This document shows, in pieces, positions 24,401 through 38,414 of a stretch of DNA of 64,000 nucleotides. Under the pieces are notes generated by a model, which made no database searches, had not been told where the DNA came from, and saw only the letters and a list, made by a program, of their open reading frames with translations. The DNA is from Monocercomonoides exilis PA203 (Eukaryota; Protista; Preaxostyla). The stretch's first letter is position 1. Each line of letters starts with the position of its first letter. Made by a program: the position numbers and the translations under genes. Location of the stretch: positions 2,108,001 through 2,172,000 of the forward strand of contig LSRY02000003.1 in the NCBI GenBank assembly GCA_001643675.2. The letters run 5' to 3'.

Positions 24401-25544
24401 TGGCCATTCCTTTGCTTTTCTGAGGAGATCATAAGAAGAGAGCTATGCCGAGAGACAATCAGCAGATGTGAATTGCAGATTTTTTGTATTCAGTTGGGAG
24501 AGGGGATGAAAATAAATTCAATTTCAAAGCATTTTGATGAGAGCGAAATGGAATGACAACAATTGGACAGTTATTGGAAAGAATAAAATTCGGAGATATT
24601 TTTTTCAGGAAAAAAAATGGATGAAAACATAGAAAGAAGGATATTTAAGGAGAAAAAAGGATGATGGAGAAAGGAGCACAGGGAAACAATGGAAAAGGAG
24701 AATGGCAGCATCAGTGATTGGGCAATCTTCTACTTTTGCAATAGAGAGGGTGTATGTGTTCTTTTGAGGAATTTTGATAATCAATGGAAAACTAATTATT
24801 TTTATGTATTTTTTAAATCATTTTTCCATTCCAGCAAACAGCATTTTTTATGTTGAGCGTCATTCCTGGTGACAATCCATTTCAAGTTGCATTTTTGCGG
24901 ATTATATGGTTTCTTCTTCTTCTCCTCCAATCTCTTCATTGACGAGATTTTTTAAGTTTGACTGATGGAAAGAACTCCTTCTTCGTATTTGAGAATTTGT
25001 TGTTCAAATAACCATAAAATTCTCATGTTGCAACATAAAATAAATCTTCCTTCTCTTGCTGCAGTTGTCTGTTATGAAATTTGAATCTGTTCATTATGCC
25101 TGTATTTTCTTCAAATGAGTCTTGCTCGCCTTTGCCGCCCAGCTCGTCCAAAGAGCATCATCGAGCTCATTTCATTCCATTTCTCTCTCAGATGCCCCTT
25201 CTTCTTTTTCTTCTTTCGTTTTTTTTTTTCATATCTGCTGCTGCGAGAATTTTGTTTGCGAAAGCAGTCATTGTGTTGAACTCTGATCATTCAGCATTAA
25301 CTTCATCATCATCATCATCATCTTCTTCTTCTTCTTCTTCTTCTTCTTCTTCCTCATCTTTTTCTTTTATTTCTTTTTCAACTCTTTCAACTCCTTTAGC
25401 AGCTTCATCTTCTTCCTTCTTTATCTGCCTCTTTTCCTTGCCTTTTAGTTTCTTCAACCATCATCGTCTTCCCATGGATTCCAAAATAAGCCAATGAGAA
25501 CGTTCTCATTCGGAAATATGCAATCCAAAAGCTTCTGTTTCTCC
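18424..25544 (-). repeat. Right arm of the 7.1 kb near-perfect inverted repeat
   Basis: Reverse complement of 8422-15544. Confidence 0.97.
19738..22031 (+). pseudogene. Cassette C: mirror copy of cassette B with a 1-bp homopolymer frameshift near the 5' end
   Basis: C5 at 19774-19778 versus G6 in B; remaining protein identical except IPQPP versus IPQPS; the indel may be a sequencing error. Confidence 0.75.
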
Positions 25545-26977
25545 AGAAGACACATTCAACGCACAACACACCTTCTCCTTTGCATTCTTCTCCTCCTCTT
25601 TCTTCTTCATCTTCTTCGACACTTTTATATTCTTCCTCTTCTTCTTCGTCTTCGTTGTCTTCTTCTTCGTCAACATTTTCTCCTTCTTCTTCTTCTTCAC
25701 CTTCTTCACCTTCTTCAGCCTCTTCCTCCAATTTTTTCTCCATCTTTTATTCTCCTGCTGCTTCTTCTTCATCTTCGCATTCATCTTCACTTGCATCTTC
25801 ATTTGATGCTTTTTGTATTTTCAGAGCCAATGGACAAACATCATTATTTTTTGTTTTTGAAGAGAAAGCAATGAAACCACTCAAAGTTGGAAAATGAACT
25901 GAGGATATCAGTTTTCATTGACAAATAAATGCGAATTGGCCAATATTTTTTATGATCGAAGTTTTTATATTTCTTCTGAATTCAACTTATCAAGGATGAT
26001 ATTTTTGCCAACTGACAACATCATACAAGTCATTTTCATCATCTTCTTCAGAAATGTTATTTGACTAATTGTTCGTCTCTCAATCTTCTCGTCTTCTTCA
26101 TCTTCTTCAAATTCTGTTATTTCTTCTGCGTTTTGTCCTTTCCCCCAAACTCCCCCAACTTCAATTTTGTCATTTTGTTCTTCTTCAGCTCCTTCAATGC
26201 CATTTTCACTCACTGTACATTGGATCAGATCATCGACCTTCTATTGTGTTCATACGCCCCAATATACAGCTCCACAAAATTGAACTGAAAATTATTTCAT
26301 TCACTTTTCTTCAACTCAGCAGATCGATCGTCAAATGTTTCTTCATTTCATTTTTCATTCAAGATTCTCGTGATGAAAAGCCATTTGTTCAAATTCGTTT
26401 CGTTTCGTTTCTTCTTCTTCTTCTTCAACGTCTTTTTCAACGAGCAATAAAAATTGTGATATTATTTTTGTTTCAATAAACAACCCTCGAATTCAGCGCC
26501 AGGCCTCATCATCGATGTCAATTTGGAAACACAAAAAGAAATATCTATTTTATCACAGAATATCAGCTGAAATTATATGATAATAGAAGAGATCCTTAAT
26601 TTTACACGAAAAGCCGATCAGATGAAGCGAAACCAAAAAAGGAAGATGCTTTTCATTCATTTTTCAGTGAATGAAGGAGGCACAGATGAAAAGATAACAA
26701 CATTGAAACAATTTTTGTTTGGAACAAATGATTGAGGTGATGTCTTTCTTCAGATTTCACAATGCCAGGTGCCATAAAGGGAACGAGAGGATGATTAAAT
26801 GAGGAGAACATAATTTTACAGAAAACAAATGATCGAAGGATAATTCTATGAAATGAGAGCCTCTGCAGCTGACAAAAAAGGTGAAGTGAAAATAGCAACA
26901 GTTATTGAAAGTTTTGAAGAGATTGTTGCTATGCTTGGAGAAATGCATTTTGAAGAAAGGAAAACGGATGATTCCAT

Positions 26978-28468
26978 TTAGCAACGAGCTTTATTTTTAT
27001 TCGATGAAGAAGAAAAATTAGATGAAGAAATTTTGAAGAAATATTTATATTTGAGCCAATAACAGACTTCTCGAAACACAAGTGATGATATGTTCTCGTG
27101 TTGAAAAGAAGATGAAACCTCAAGGAGTTTTCGATAACATGGATTATATTCAAAATTAGTAAATGGAAGAAATAATAAAGAAATTACAAAAAGTCCATCA
27201 TTTCCAGTGATTTTTGTGTCAACCGCGCTGAAGGTTAGTGTTTGAACGGGAACAAATGTTGAGGAGAGGAGGGTGAGGGAGGCGTCTTGGAGGAGAGAAA
27301 TGAAGCCAGTGAAGGCATACTCGATGGTGGCACATGGGGTCTGTTGGGGTCTGCCACAGACATCAGCATCAGTTCCATTGCTGGCAACGATTTTATTCTG
27401 GGCGATGAGGGGGAGCCAGCCATTATACACAGCGTTATCATCTTGTCCATTATTCCACACTCTATTCGTTAAGGTTGTTGATCCACAATTCTCAAATGGA
27501 GATTGGGTGATGGCATTACCACTGAAGAACACATCATTTCCTCTTCCATTGGTTGCTGTATTTCCATCGAAAAAACAAAAAGTGATGAATTTATTTCCGC
27601 TCATCCAGGAATAAGTTGCTGTGCAACACAGCGCAGCACCTCCCCATGATGTTGAATTTGATGTCAATTTGTTGTTTATGAACTGGCAATCATTAACCAA
27701 AAATTTCTCTGGTTTGTTGCTTGGAGGGTAATGAAATGTGAGAGAACCAGCTGCATCACCACCAGAATTTGCGATACACTTGCATTTGGTGAACAGGAAT
27801 TGGCTTGCTGAGGTCATGTTGTTGAGCACGAAATACCAACCAGTTCCAACAGTACCATTTATTTTACAACCTTCAACTCTATTATCTGAGAATGAATACA
27901 CAGAAGATGATTTTTGACCATCAATACAAATTGCACCTCCGCGAGTGGCAGAACAGTTTGAAAAATTGGACTTAACGATGTTCACATTTGACAAATATTT
28001 GCTGTATAATGCACCACCAGCATAATCGCCTGTGATCGAACATTTGCTGAATGAACAAGAAGTGATTGTGAGGTTGGCATTTTCGCAAACAACTTTAAGA
28101 GCACCACCATAATCATTTTGTCCATTTGAATTATTCCACTCACACCATTCAAAAAGATAGCTATTCAATTCAGGAAAAGCCAATCTTCCAGGTTTCAATT
28201 TATGAGTTTCAGTTCCAATATGCTCAACAGGTTCATTTGGTGAAGAGCGTATTTGGTGGAGAAAGGAAGTGTTGAAGGCAGAGAGAGAAGTGGAAGGGCT
28301 GTTGAGGTTTGGAAGGATGGCTCCATCGATGGAGTTGTGAGAGCATTGGAGGAGAGAGAGAAAACGTTGCAAAAAGGATGGAGAAAAGAATAAAGAGGAA
28401 GAAGAAAAGGAATGCAAGATAATAATCTTCCGCGCTTCGTAAAGTGCACTTTTGCAGCTATTTGTATA
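26978..28468 (-). pseudogene. Cassette D: ATG-less Pmp-like beta-helix fragment; family homology ends at KITGN (~27200)
   Basis: Same upstream junction as A and F; open frame; CGRPQQTPC-type C-terminal block. Confidence 0.8.
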
Positions 28469-31008
28469 TTAGACAATGAAATTTTTCAGAGCTTTTCAAT
28501 TTCCCTTTGTGGAGTTATTTAACCAAATAATAATCGCACCATCTGCGTCTTCTTCAAAATAGACACAAAAATATTTGCGAAACATTCATTCAACTCACAA
28601 ATTCAATTTTTGATTTTTGTCTTTAAAGCTCAATTTGATGATGTTTTGTTGCAATTTTATTTAAAATTCAAAAAGATTAGAACCGTTAAAAATTAATATT
28701 TTTTTAATCATTAAAAAAACCAGTCAAAAGCTTCAATGATGGATATTTTTCAGAGATTTATTTTCATCACATGTTTTTCAGGACAAATTTCAGTCTGAAT
28801 TTGAAAAAAGCCCACCATTTTTGAATAAAATGTGTTTTTTTGAATTCAAGAGTTTTGTCAAAAATAATCATCATCTCAAACTGCTTCTCAGTTTTCAAAT
28901 CAGTCATTTGAGTTCTTTGCAACAAAAAAAGAAAAGTCTGTTGGAAATTTAAAACTGAAAATAACACAAACACTTGTTTTTTTTCAGTAAATGGAGAATA
29001 TTTCAAAATCATATTTTTCATTCTTCTTGTTTTCCCATGTCAAAAACATTCAAAGAAAGAAAATCTTCATTTCAAGAATGAAATTGTTTTTCGCAAGTAT
29101 CTTGAAAATAAAAATCGTCATTTTGTTTCAAATATGATGTAAATCTTTATGAACGAAACATATTTATATTTATAATTACAGTTTCTATCCAAAAAAATCA
29201 AAAACTTTTAATAAAAGAATTTACAAATTAAAGATTGAAAATCCTCATTGAAGAAAGTGTCAAATATGATTTTGAAGTTTCTTTGAAGAGATTTCTAATA
29301 AATGAAAGTGAATTGATTGTTCGTATGTCACCTATTTTTTTATTTAATTACTGGTTCTCTCTCTTTTTTCCTGTTTTTCAATTGTCTCATTTCTTTCACC
29401 AATCAATATTCAATTAACAAAATAATCATTTCTTTATTGAAAATTCGAAACATTTCATGATTATGGAATAAAGAAAATTTCAAGTTGTAATTGAACCTAC
29501 TGCTAATCATCCCAAAAAAAACATTGTTTTTTTGATCGAATTTCAAAATAAATCAATTTTTTGAAGGTTTTTCAAATTTCAGGAATCTTCACACTGATTT
29601 CAAATTTAAAAATGGTGTGGCATTCTTTTGAATGACATTATGGAAAATGCTTTTCATTCAATTTCATGAACAGAATAAAAAATGAAAAAAGTTCACAGTT
29701 TTTTCAAATTGAAAATATTTGTTGTTTCTTTTGTGAAAATCCGAAAAACATCATTTTATGATTAAATTTGTTTTTCTTATGTTTTTGGAAAAAATACTCT
29801 TTTTTCAAATATCAAAATAATTGGATTTTATTTCAATAAATAATCCTTTTGAAAATATTGCAAAACTTTGTGTTCTAATGAGACTTGTTCAATGAGTTAT
29901 TGAAGCACAAAACACAAGTATTTCCTTCCACAAATAGAAAGTTTTCTGTTGCAAAATCCAATTGTTCTTTTTTGAAATTGAATTATAATTTCTTCAATAG
30001 AGTTTTTATCCGAAATAGAGGGTTTTTGGTGATCAAGTAACATCAAAATGGAAAAATCATAATTAGAAATATGTGGGTGATTATTTTTGAATTCATATGT
30101 TCTCTATCTAAAATTTTCTGTTTGAAAATTCACATTGAATATAGATAAATGAACATTGAAAAGTGACACAACCTCTTAAAACCATCACTGTCTTTCTTTT
30201 TTATCAAATATTGGCTTTTAACACAATTGAAAAAATTTTCACATTTCAATGATTCATTGATTCACTTTGGTAATGAATTTTCTTAATAATCATCACCCCC
30301 GAAAAAAGTTTTGATTTTCAAATTAATTATCCATATGAGTTATTCTTTTTGAAAAGATGCGTGTGTTTGTTTTTCAGATTCATTGAAATGAAAAATGTAT
30401 TCTAATGTGTTCCAACAATCAATCTGTTGAATTTGACCAGAAAGATAATTATAGGATGTCAGATCTTTTTTATTGTTCCAATATGTTTGTGTGTTATATT
30501 TGACAGACAAATTGCAAGAATTCATGAAAAAAACCAAATTTCAAACAGTACAATAATTTAACATTTATCACTGTTCAAAAAGAATAACACAATCTAATAA
30601 TAATGACCTCATAATATTGGTGATTATTCAAGAAATCATATTTTCCCATACAAAAAATTCGTTTCAAAATTTTCTCTTGAATATGAATCAATGAACTTTG
30701 AAAAGTGAAAATACAAATTAAAAATATTTTCATCTTCATTTCAGTTCAAACATTTGCTTTTGAAATGGTTTTCATGAAATTTATCAATAAAATACTAAAT
30801 CTCTATTCAATGACAAACAACCTTTGAAAAATCAACACCCCGAAAAAAGTTATGATTTCAAAAATAATCACCCATATTTCAGTTCAAACTCACAAAACTT
30901 CGTTAAGAAAAAAATTGAAACTCATAATAGCTGTTGCATTTATTCTGGTGAAGTTTAGCGAGTAAAAACAGAAATCTGATAAAAAAATGTTATTTTTATG
31001 TGGTGTGG

Positions 31009-31209
31009 CTGATCCTTTTTGAAATCACACTTTCGTTCGAGTTTTGTCAAAAATTTAATCTCAATGGTATTTTGAAAAAATGAACTTAAACTGTTAATAC
31101 ATGTTGTTCATGATGTTGTTATCGAGGAAACAATTTTTTTTCAAAAATCCCGTTGAGATGAAAATTTTGATCAAAATTCGAACGAAAGTGTGATTTCAAA
31201 AAGGATCAG
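31009..31209. repeat. ~200-bp foldback (MITE-like) element
   Basis: ctgatcctttttgaaatcacactttcgttcga (31009-31040) is a perfect complement of tcgaacgaaagtgtgatttcaaaaaggatcag (31178-31209); imperfect pairing continues inward to ~75 bp. Confidence 0.8.
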
Positions 31210-31711
31210 TCATGTTCTATTTTGTTTGAAATATGAATTTTTGAAAAATAAAATTATTCAATCAAATGAAAAGCGAATCAGATTTATTATATTTTTAAAA
31301 AGAAAATTCTGAGAATAGACAATATTTTTATTCACAAAAAATTGAAATCTTTTAAGGAAGTTTCTTTCTCAAAAAATAAAAAATAAAAAAAATTCACAAA
31401 AAAATAAAATGCTTTGTTTTTAAAAGACAAGCGTTTCAAAAGCATATTTTTCAAAAAAAGAAACATGGTCTTGTTGTTTTTCAAATGCATAAATGGAAAA
31501 TAAAAAAAACAATGTGTTGAAACAACATTATAATATTGAAATGAGAATTGATAGATTATTTGGCATTATTTTTTATGCTTTTATTGAATAAAATACAACC
31601 AGATAAAATGTGAAAGTTATTAAAAAAACGCTTTTTCCATGTTCCTAAAAATCTTCATTGTTCCAAGCATAAACATAAAAGTTGTTTCAATGAAACGCAT
31701 CACATTCCTAA

Positions 31712-33085
31712 CTTCTTTTCATTTATTCGACTTCTTTCTCGATCCATCCAACCCTTCCATCCATTCCCTCACACTCACTTTATCCATTCACATCAACCAC
31801 CTCTTCCTCTTCTTCAACTTCCACCAACACAAACATCAATACAATCCCCTCCTTCTCTCTTCACTCATCCCTCTCCATCCACTCATCCATCTTCCTCCAC
31901 ACCCACAACCCCATCGATGGTGCCATCCTCCCCGACCTCAATAGCCCCTCCACTTCTCTCTCTGCATTCAACGCCTCTTTTCTTCACCAAACACGCTCTT
32001 CTCCAAATGCTGCTGTTGTACATGTTGGAACCGAATCTCAAAGAGCGAAACCTGGAAGACTGGATTCCTTTGATGCTAACAGCCATAAATTTGAATGGTG
32101 CGAATGGGAAAATTCAAATGGTGGAAGTTCCTGGGGAGGTGCACTTTATGTCAACTGCACAAACGCAAATCTCTCAATCGCTTCTTGCTCATTTTTCAAA
32201 TGTTCTACAAATGGAACAAATGGTGGAGCGTTATACAGCATATATTTATCAAATGTGAATATTGCAAAATCCAATTTTACAAACTGTTCTGCTCCTCGTG
32301 GAGGAGCAATTTGTATAGATGGACAACATTCATCTTCCGTTTATTCATTTTCTGATAACATAGTGGAAAATTGTTCAATAACAGATTGGTGCGGTGCTGG
32401 ATGGTATTTCTTTATTGGTGATTTTTCTTCAAACGGTCAATTCTTGTTCACCAAATGCAAGTGCATCTCAAATTCGGGTGGTGATTCTGCTGGTTCTCTC
32501 ACATTCAATTGGCCTCCACAAAATAAACCAGAGAAATTTTTGGTTAATGATTGCCAGTTCATAAATAATAAATTGACAGCTTCTGCAAATTATGGAGGAG
32601 CTGGGTTGTGTTGCACAAACACCTTCACTTGGATGAGTGGAGTAAAATTCATCACGTTCTGCTTCTTTGATGGCAACACTGTAACTAATGGCAGAGGAAA
32701 TGATGTGTTCTTCAGTGGCGATGCAATCACTCAATCTCCATTCCAGCAATGTGGTTCAACAACCACAACAAAAAGAGTGTGGAATGCAGGAACTGCAGAT
32801 AGCAGTGTGTACAATGGCTGGCTTCCAATCATCAACCAGAACAAAATAGTCTCAAATGGTGGAACTGATGCAGATGCCTGTGGCAAAACACAGCAAAGCC
32901 CATGTGCCACAGTGGAATATGCTCTCGGATGCGTTGCTCCATTCAGCGATGCCTCCCTCTCTCTTCTCGTCTCCACTTTCACTCCCACAAACACTCTCAC
33001 ATTCCGTTCTCCAAATACAAAAATTAATGGAAAAGATGTATTTTTTCTGTTTTCATCAGAATTTCTTCCATTTTACATTTCATAG
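31712..33085 (+). pseudogene. Cassette E: ATG-less Pmp-like beta-helix fragment
   Basis: Frame open from 31712; starts in the Ser-rich linker seen in copy H; CGKTQQSPC-type C-terminal block; same 3' junction as A, D, F, G. Confidence 0.8.
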
Positions 33086-35590
33086 AAAACTCCTATAGCT
33101 ATCATCTTCTTTTCACCAGAAGTTTAATTTTTTCAAAAAGCATAACGTCAGCTCAGATAAAAGCATTTCTTTGTCATTTCTTCATCTAATTTTTTCTTTT
33201 CATCAAATGCAAATTCCGCTTGTTGCTTTTAGGAATGCTTTCTATTATTCTTCTCTTCAAAATGCATTTCTCCAAGCATAGCAACAATCTCTTCAAAACG
33301 TTCAATTTCTTTTGCCATTTTCACTTCACCTTTTTCATCCGCTGCAGACGCACTTATTTCATAGAATTATCCTTCGATTATTTGTTTTCAAATAAATTAT
33401 GTTCTCCTCGTTTAATCATCCTCTCATTCCATTGAAGGCACATGACGTTGTGAAATTCGTCGAAGGTCATCCATATAAAAATTTACTCCAAATAACGTCT
33501 TCTGCCCTGCTCCTTCTGTTTTCGGTGAATTCTTTCATCTTCCAAATGAAAAAAGTCAGAGGCAATCTCCTTCTTTTAATGAATGTCTTCTGATCTGCTA
33601 TTCTGTATCAAAATATCCCATTTCATTGCCATGTTATGTCCGGCTGAAATTCTATGTCAGAATGAACATTTCTTTTGCGTTTCCTATTTGAGCAGATTTT
33701 AATGCTTCTTGATGAATTTGATGAAGTTGAATAAAATGAAAATAGGAATATTTTTAATTCGTTCATCGAAGAAGGCGTTGAAGAAGAAAAGGAGGATCAC
33801 AATTGTTGAAATAAAGATAGATGCTGTTTCAATGAGCGAATGAATGAGGAAGAACGAAGTCAAAGAAGAAGGAGAAGGAGAAGAAGAGAAAGAATCAATA
33901 TTTGACTGAAGAAGATTTTGTGTGTTTTTGGCCATGCGGTTCATAACAGGCGTGCTTGTCGCTGAATAAGCAAGTGAATTGTGAGAAGGCGAATTTTGTG
34001 TTTGCAAACCGAGAAATGAGGAAGATGGTTGATTGAATGAAGAAGGTTTGTCAGAAGACGACGAAGAAGAAGAAGACGAAGAAGAAGATGCAGTTGAGAA
34101 ATGCGAAATCATTCGACGATATTTATGATGTTGAGAATAATTTGTATGAAGTTGTTGGTTGGACAAAACGTCTCGCTTGCCGAATAAATTTCAGATTGGC
34201 TTGAAAAATTCAATCGCAAAATGTGTGACGAACAGATTGTGGAAATCAATCTTGATGTATTTCTTCAAAGTCATTTTCCCTCTTTTTGCAATTTCCTCTC
34301 CATTCCTCTCAAAAACAGAAAATGATAATATTTCTCAATTTCCTTTCCTTTCCATTCCAATCTTCCATTCAGCTCACAAAATTCTCTGAAAAATATCAAT
34401 CACTTCCTTTTCTTCATCTTTCCCCGTCTCTTCCAAAATATCTTCTCACCTCCTTTCTCCTCTCATAAAAGCGCTCCTCTTTCAAGCCTTTCAACATTTC
34501 TCATTTTCCCTCTTCTCATCGGCTTTCACCCTCTTTTCCTTTTTTTCAAATTCCATATCTCCAATTTGTCTCAAATATCTTCCTCATCATCCCCAGCCAC
34601 TTCCTTATATATTTTCTCCATTTTCCTCTACAAATTTCCATCTGCTCTTCTCCACCTTTTTGTCTCAGAATTTCTTTCATTCAAAAACCCCTCTCGAAAT
34701 ATTAACATTCCAAAAACCACTCAACTCCCACCCCCTGCCACAAAAAATATTCTTCCATCACTTGTATACCCCATATATCTCCTGTTTCAGGCGTTGATGA
34801 GATAAACGAGATATATTTCTTTGGATGGTTGAGAATATTATTAAAGGAGATGATCATGCCAAAAACAGAAAAACCACCACTGAACATCCACCACGATGTG
34901 TACGGGCTGAAAAGGCCCTCCAGTGAGATACACGATGTATTTTGTGGAGATGCATTCTTTGTTGCATTTTGACCATTCTGGTGCTGAAATGAAGAGATTG
35001 CTTTTTGAATGATGATGGCTGTCGAGATATGCATTCTGGCAAAAAACAGTCGAAGTTCAGTTTGACATTTATTTATTTTTCTATATATGAATATTTATCT
35101 GTTGAATGTTTTTTGTGTTTCTTTCATGATAGGAGGTGGAAATGAATGAAAATGAATGAAAGCGGGATATCTCGTTGTGCAGGGTGGCTATCGAGTTGAG
35201 CCAGCAAATTCATATGGAAAGTGCCCAGGATGAAGGGATTGGGGAGGGAATTGGAGATGATATTTTCAGACGAAAAACAATGATGTTTTTCAATGATGAA
35301 AATGGAATTTGAGCAGAATACATAAATTTCACATTTTTCAGAAGAGCTAGAAATCGATTCATTTGATGAAGAAATGACTTCTGGAAAGGATGATTTGCGA
35401 ATCAGATGATGGAACACTTGAAAACGGAAGGAATTATGAATTTTTATTGGAGGGAAACAGTTGCCAATAGGATAACATAGAGTTATTGACTTTAAAATAT
35501 GTTTAGAAGGTTTGTTGTTGTTATTTATTTGAAGTAATTATTATTATTATTTTTAAGAATGCTGAAAGAACGAAGGATTAGATGGCTTTG
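31740..35590 (+). repeat. ~3.85 kb direct segmental duplication with ~43050-46905 (cassette + downstream remnants)
   Basis: Paired ORFs 33699..34166/45074..45544, 34702..35034/46095..46286, 35124..35417/46439..46732. Confidence 0.85.
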
Positions 35591-38414
35591 AATAAGGAAA
35601 GCAGGGAAGAAATAAAAATTTTCACAACAGCAACAAATATGCACCGATTCTTAGAACTTCAATTCGGATGGCGAACGACAACTTTTTTGAGAGGGCCTTT
35701 CATTTTTTGTTTGTGAACCCAGATCAACTCGGATGAGAAGTCGAAGGGATGAAAAAAGCGAATTAAAATTGCATGTTCAGCTGAATCGACAGGAAAACGT
35801 TGTGAAAATTCATCAGTCGAAAATTTCACCTTCATCAATGCCATTCCATCTGATAGAGCGCCAATTGCAACAGAAACATTTCAATGGTCAATGACTGTTT
35901 CATTCAACACACAAAATGTTTTATATGCAGCACTTTTAATTTTGGTGATTCTCGTTTTGCTGAATATTCTGCTGGAAATACTGCAGACTTCTTCTCATAT
36001 GGCTCAACTTTTCAAAAGCCACTCCAACAGAGAGAGGAATTTTATTCACAATATCTGCTCATCTTCTTCTTCATATTTTATTGCTGACAGCCGTATTTGA
36101 CAATCTTCTTCTGCATCGTCTTCGTCTTCTTCCTTCTTTGGGATACGAAATGAGTGTAAATTGAGTGAATTTGCACAAAATCCATTCCTTTTGAGCATTG
36201 CTCGAAAAGATATTGCTTTTGGAGATTCTTTTTTGGAAAATGTTAATAGCCTTTTACTCAACGTCGATGAATGAAACAAGGAGAAGATGGCTTAAGAATA
36301 AAAAAGTTACACAGAGAAGACAAGGAAATCAGCCCAACAGAAAAGAGAGACAAGTCACTTTTCACAGAAATGGATTTGGCACTTTCTTTTCACTGAGTGT
36401 TTTTTTGGAGAATTATTATCATGTTCTGACAGAACAACTATTTTATTCACAATTCAATTTGTGGGACATTTGAAGCAGAAGGCAGACATTGAATATCAAA
36501 TGGCATTTGTTTCTTCAAAATCTTCTTCTTCATCTTCATTGGCAATTCAATCAACTCTCCCACTTACTGATTTATTCTTCAACATTTCATCCTTCTGTCA
36601 ATTCAGCTGCTGGTTTCTCGTTCATTGTTCATCTCTCTTGAAGCTCATCTCTTTCGAACAAAATCATCATTGTTCATCTTCTTCGTTACCGTTTTCCAAA
36701 AACACATTTTGTTTCAAATTCTTCTCGACAAACCGTCAACAAACATTAAACACTCCACAACTGATATTTCTTCGTTCTTCTTGTTATTCTATCATCTCCA
36801 TCAAAAAAAGCATGATAGTTTCAAACAGAATTTCTTCATTTTCGTCTTCATTTAGAATGTCTTTTAAAACAGAAAAATTGGAGAACAAATGGGAAATGGC
36901 AAAGGAAGACTATTCAATTGAACATATCGATCATTTGCATCAAAGCTGTGAATACATTCGCAACGTCTTTTCAATTCATTCTCAGCAAGCCAAAATGAAA
37001 AGTTTAATATTTGAATGAATGCATTGTTTTTGTATTGGGCTTGAGAAAAAAGGGGGTTTGGAAGAATAGATTTTAAGAACATTTCATGAGTTGAAGAAAA
37101 ATGGAGAGAAAAAAAACAATTTTGAGCGAAGATTAAGGGATATCAGTTAAGGAAAGAGAATACGGATAGAAAATGATTGATGAATGAAGAAATATTTATT
37201 TATGTGATAACAAAGCAGGTGAAGAGGAAATTCAATTGAAGAATAACTTTTGGATGATATTGTGAGAAAAGAATGTGAGTGAGATATCTTCTCTTTCTCC
37301 ATCAATTGGAAAAAGCAGAAGAAAACAGAATGATGAAAGAAAAAGGAAGAGAAAGAGAAAGAAATGGAATTTGAGTGAAATTATGAAGAATTGTATTTTG
37401 AGATGAAATGAATGAGACAAGTGTCCTTATTCAAGAAGAAGAGATAAAAGGAATGAAGAGAAGAGCGAAGGAAGACAATGGAGAAGAAAAGAATAAAGAG
37501 ATATGAAAAACTGAACAAAAATGAGAAGAATTTGAAGAGCAAAAAAATCTGATTGACTTGTTCAGCCATTCCCATTCTGAATTGGAGCATTGGATTGTCT
37601 TCTTTTCCGCCGTGCTTGCTGTTGCGTATGGTACTCGTAAAGTTGACATCTGCATCCTCCATTAAGGCTATCGTCATCATTGCTGCTTAATCTTTTTCAA
37701 GAAAATTCATTTCGTTCTTCATCTTCATCATTGTCTTCTTCTTCTCATTTATTGGTGCCAAATAAATATTAGGGAAAAAAAAGCAGACAGAATTTGTGAA
37801 TGATGAAGCTAACAAACAAACAAAGGCAGAAATGGACCTATGATGAATGGAAAGTGTGAAAAATGTCATTAGATTGAATATTGTGGAGGAAAAATCAGTT
37901 GTTTCTTCTGCATTTTGAATCACTCGAAATACATGAAATGACTCTGTCAAAGCACCGAAGTACAAAAAAAACAGTTTTTTGAAACAGAAAATTTCTTGTT
38001 GACAATTAATCATTGAAATTGCATTTATTGGAAGAATTTCTATGAAATAAGAAGAGAAATGATAAAAATGAGCAAAAGAGAGCAGGTGAAAAAGAGAAAA
38101 TGGTTATTGTTGAAAATGAAGATGATTCAAACGAAGAAATACATTTTGAGAGACGAATAATAGAAAGCATTCCCAAAAGCAACAAGTGGAATTTGCACTT
38201 GATGAAAAGGAGAAAATAGATGAAGAAATTTTGAAGAAATATTTTTTTCTGGTCTTTCGTTAAGGATTTTGAAAAAATATTTAACTTCTTATGAAAAGAA
38301 AATGAAAGCTTGTGAATTTTTCTATGAAATGGAAAATGGAAGGAATAATAAAGAAATCAGAAAAAATACATCTTTTCAAGTGATATTTATATTTGGAGAA
38401 CGGAATGTGAGAGT

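Noticed and set aside
34780-35040. Membrane-protein fragment (weak TMEM184/OST-alpha-like impression; duplicate at ~46095-46290)
   Set aside because: Short, disrupted and only a vague resemblance; not supportable without a search
35600-38100. Possible spliced gene remnants (e.g. STIRNSKHGGKEDNPMLQFRMGMAEQ)
   Set aside because: No consistent exon chain or recognisable family could be built
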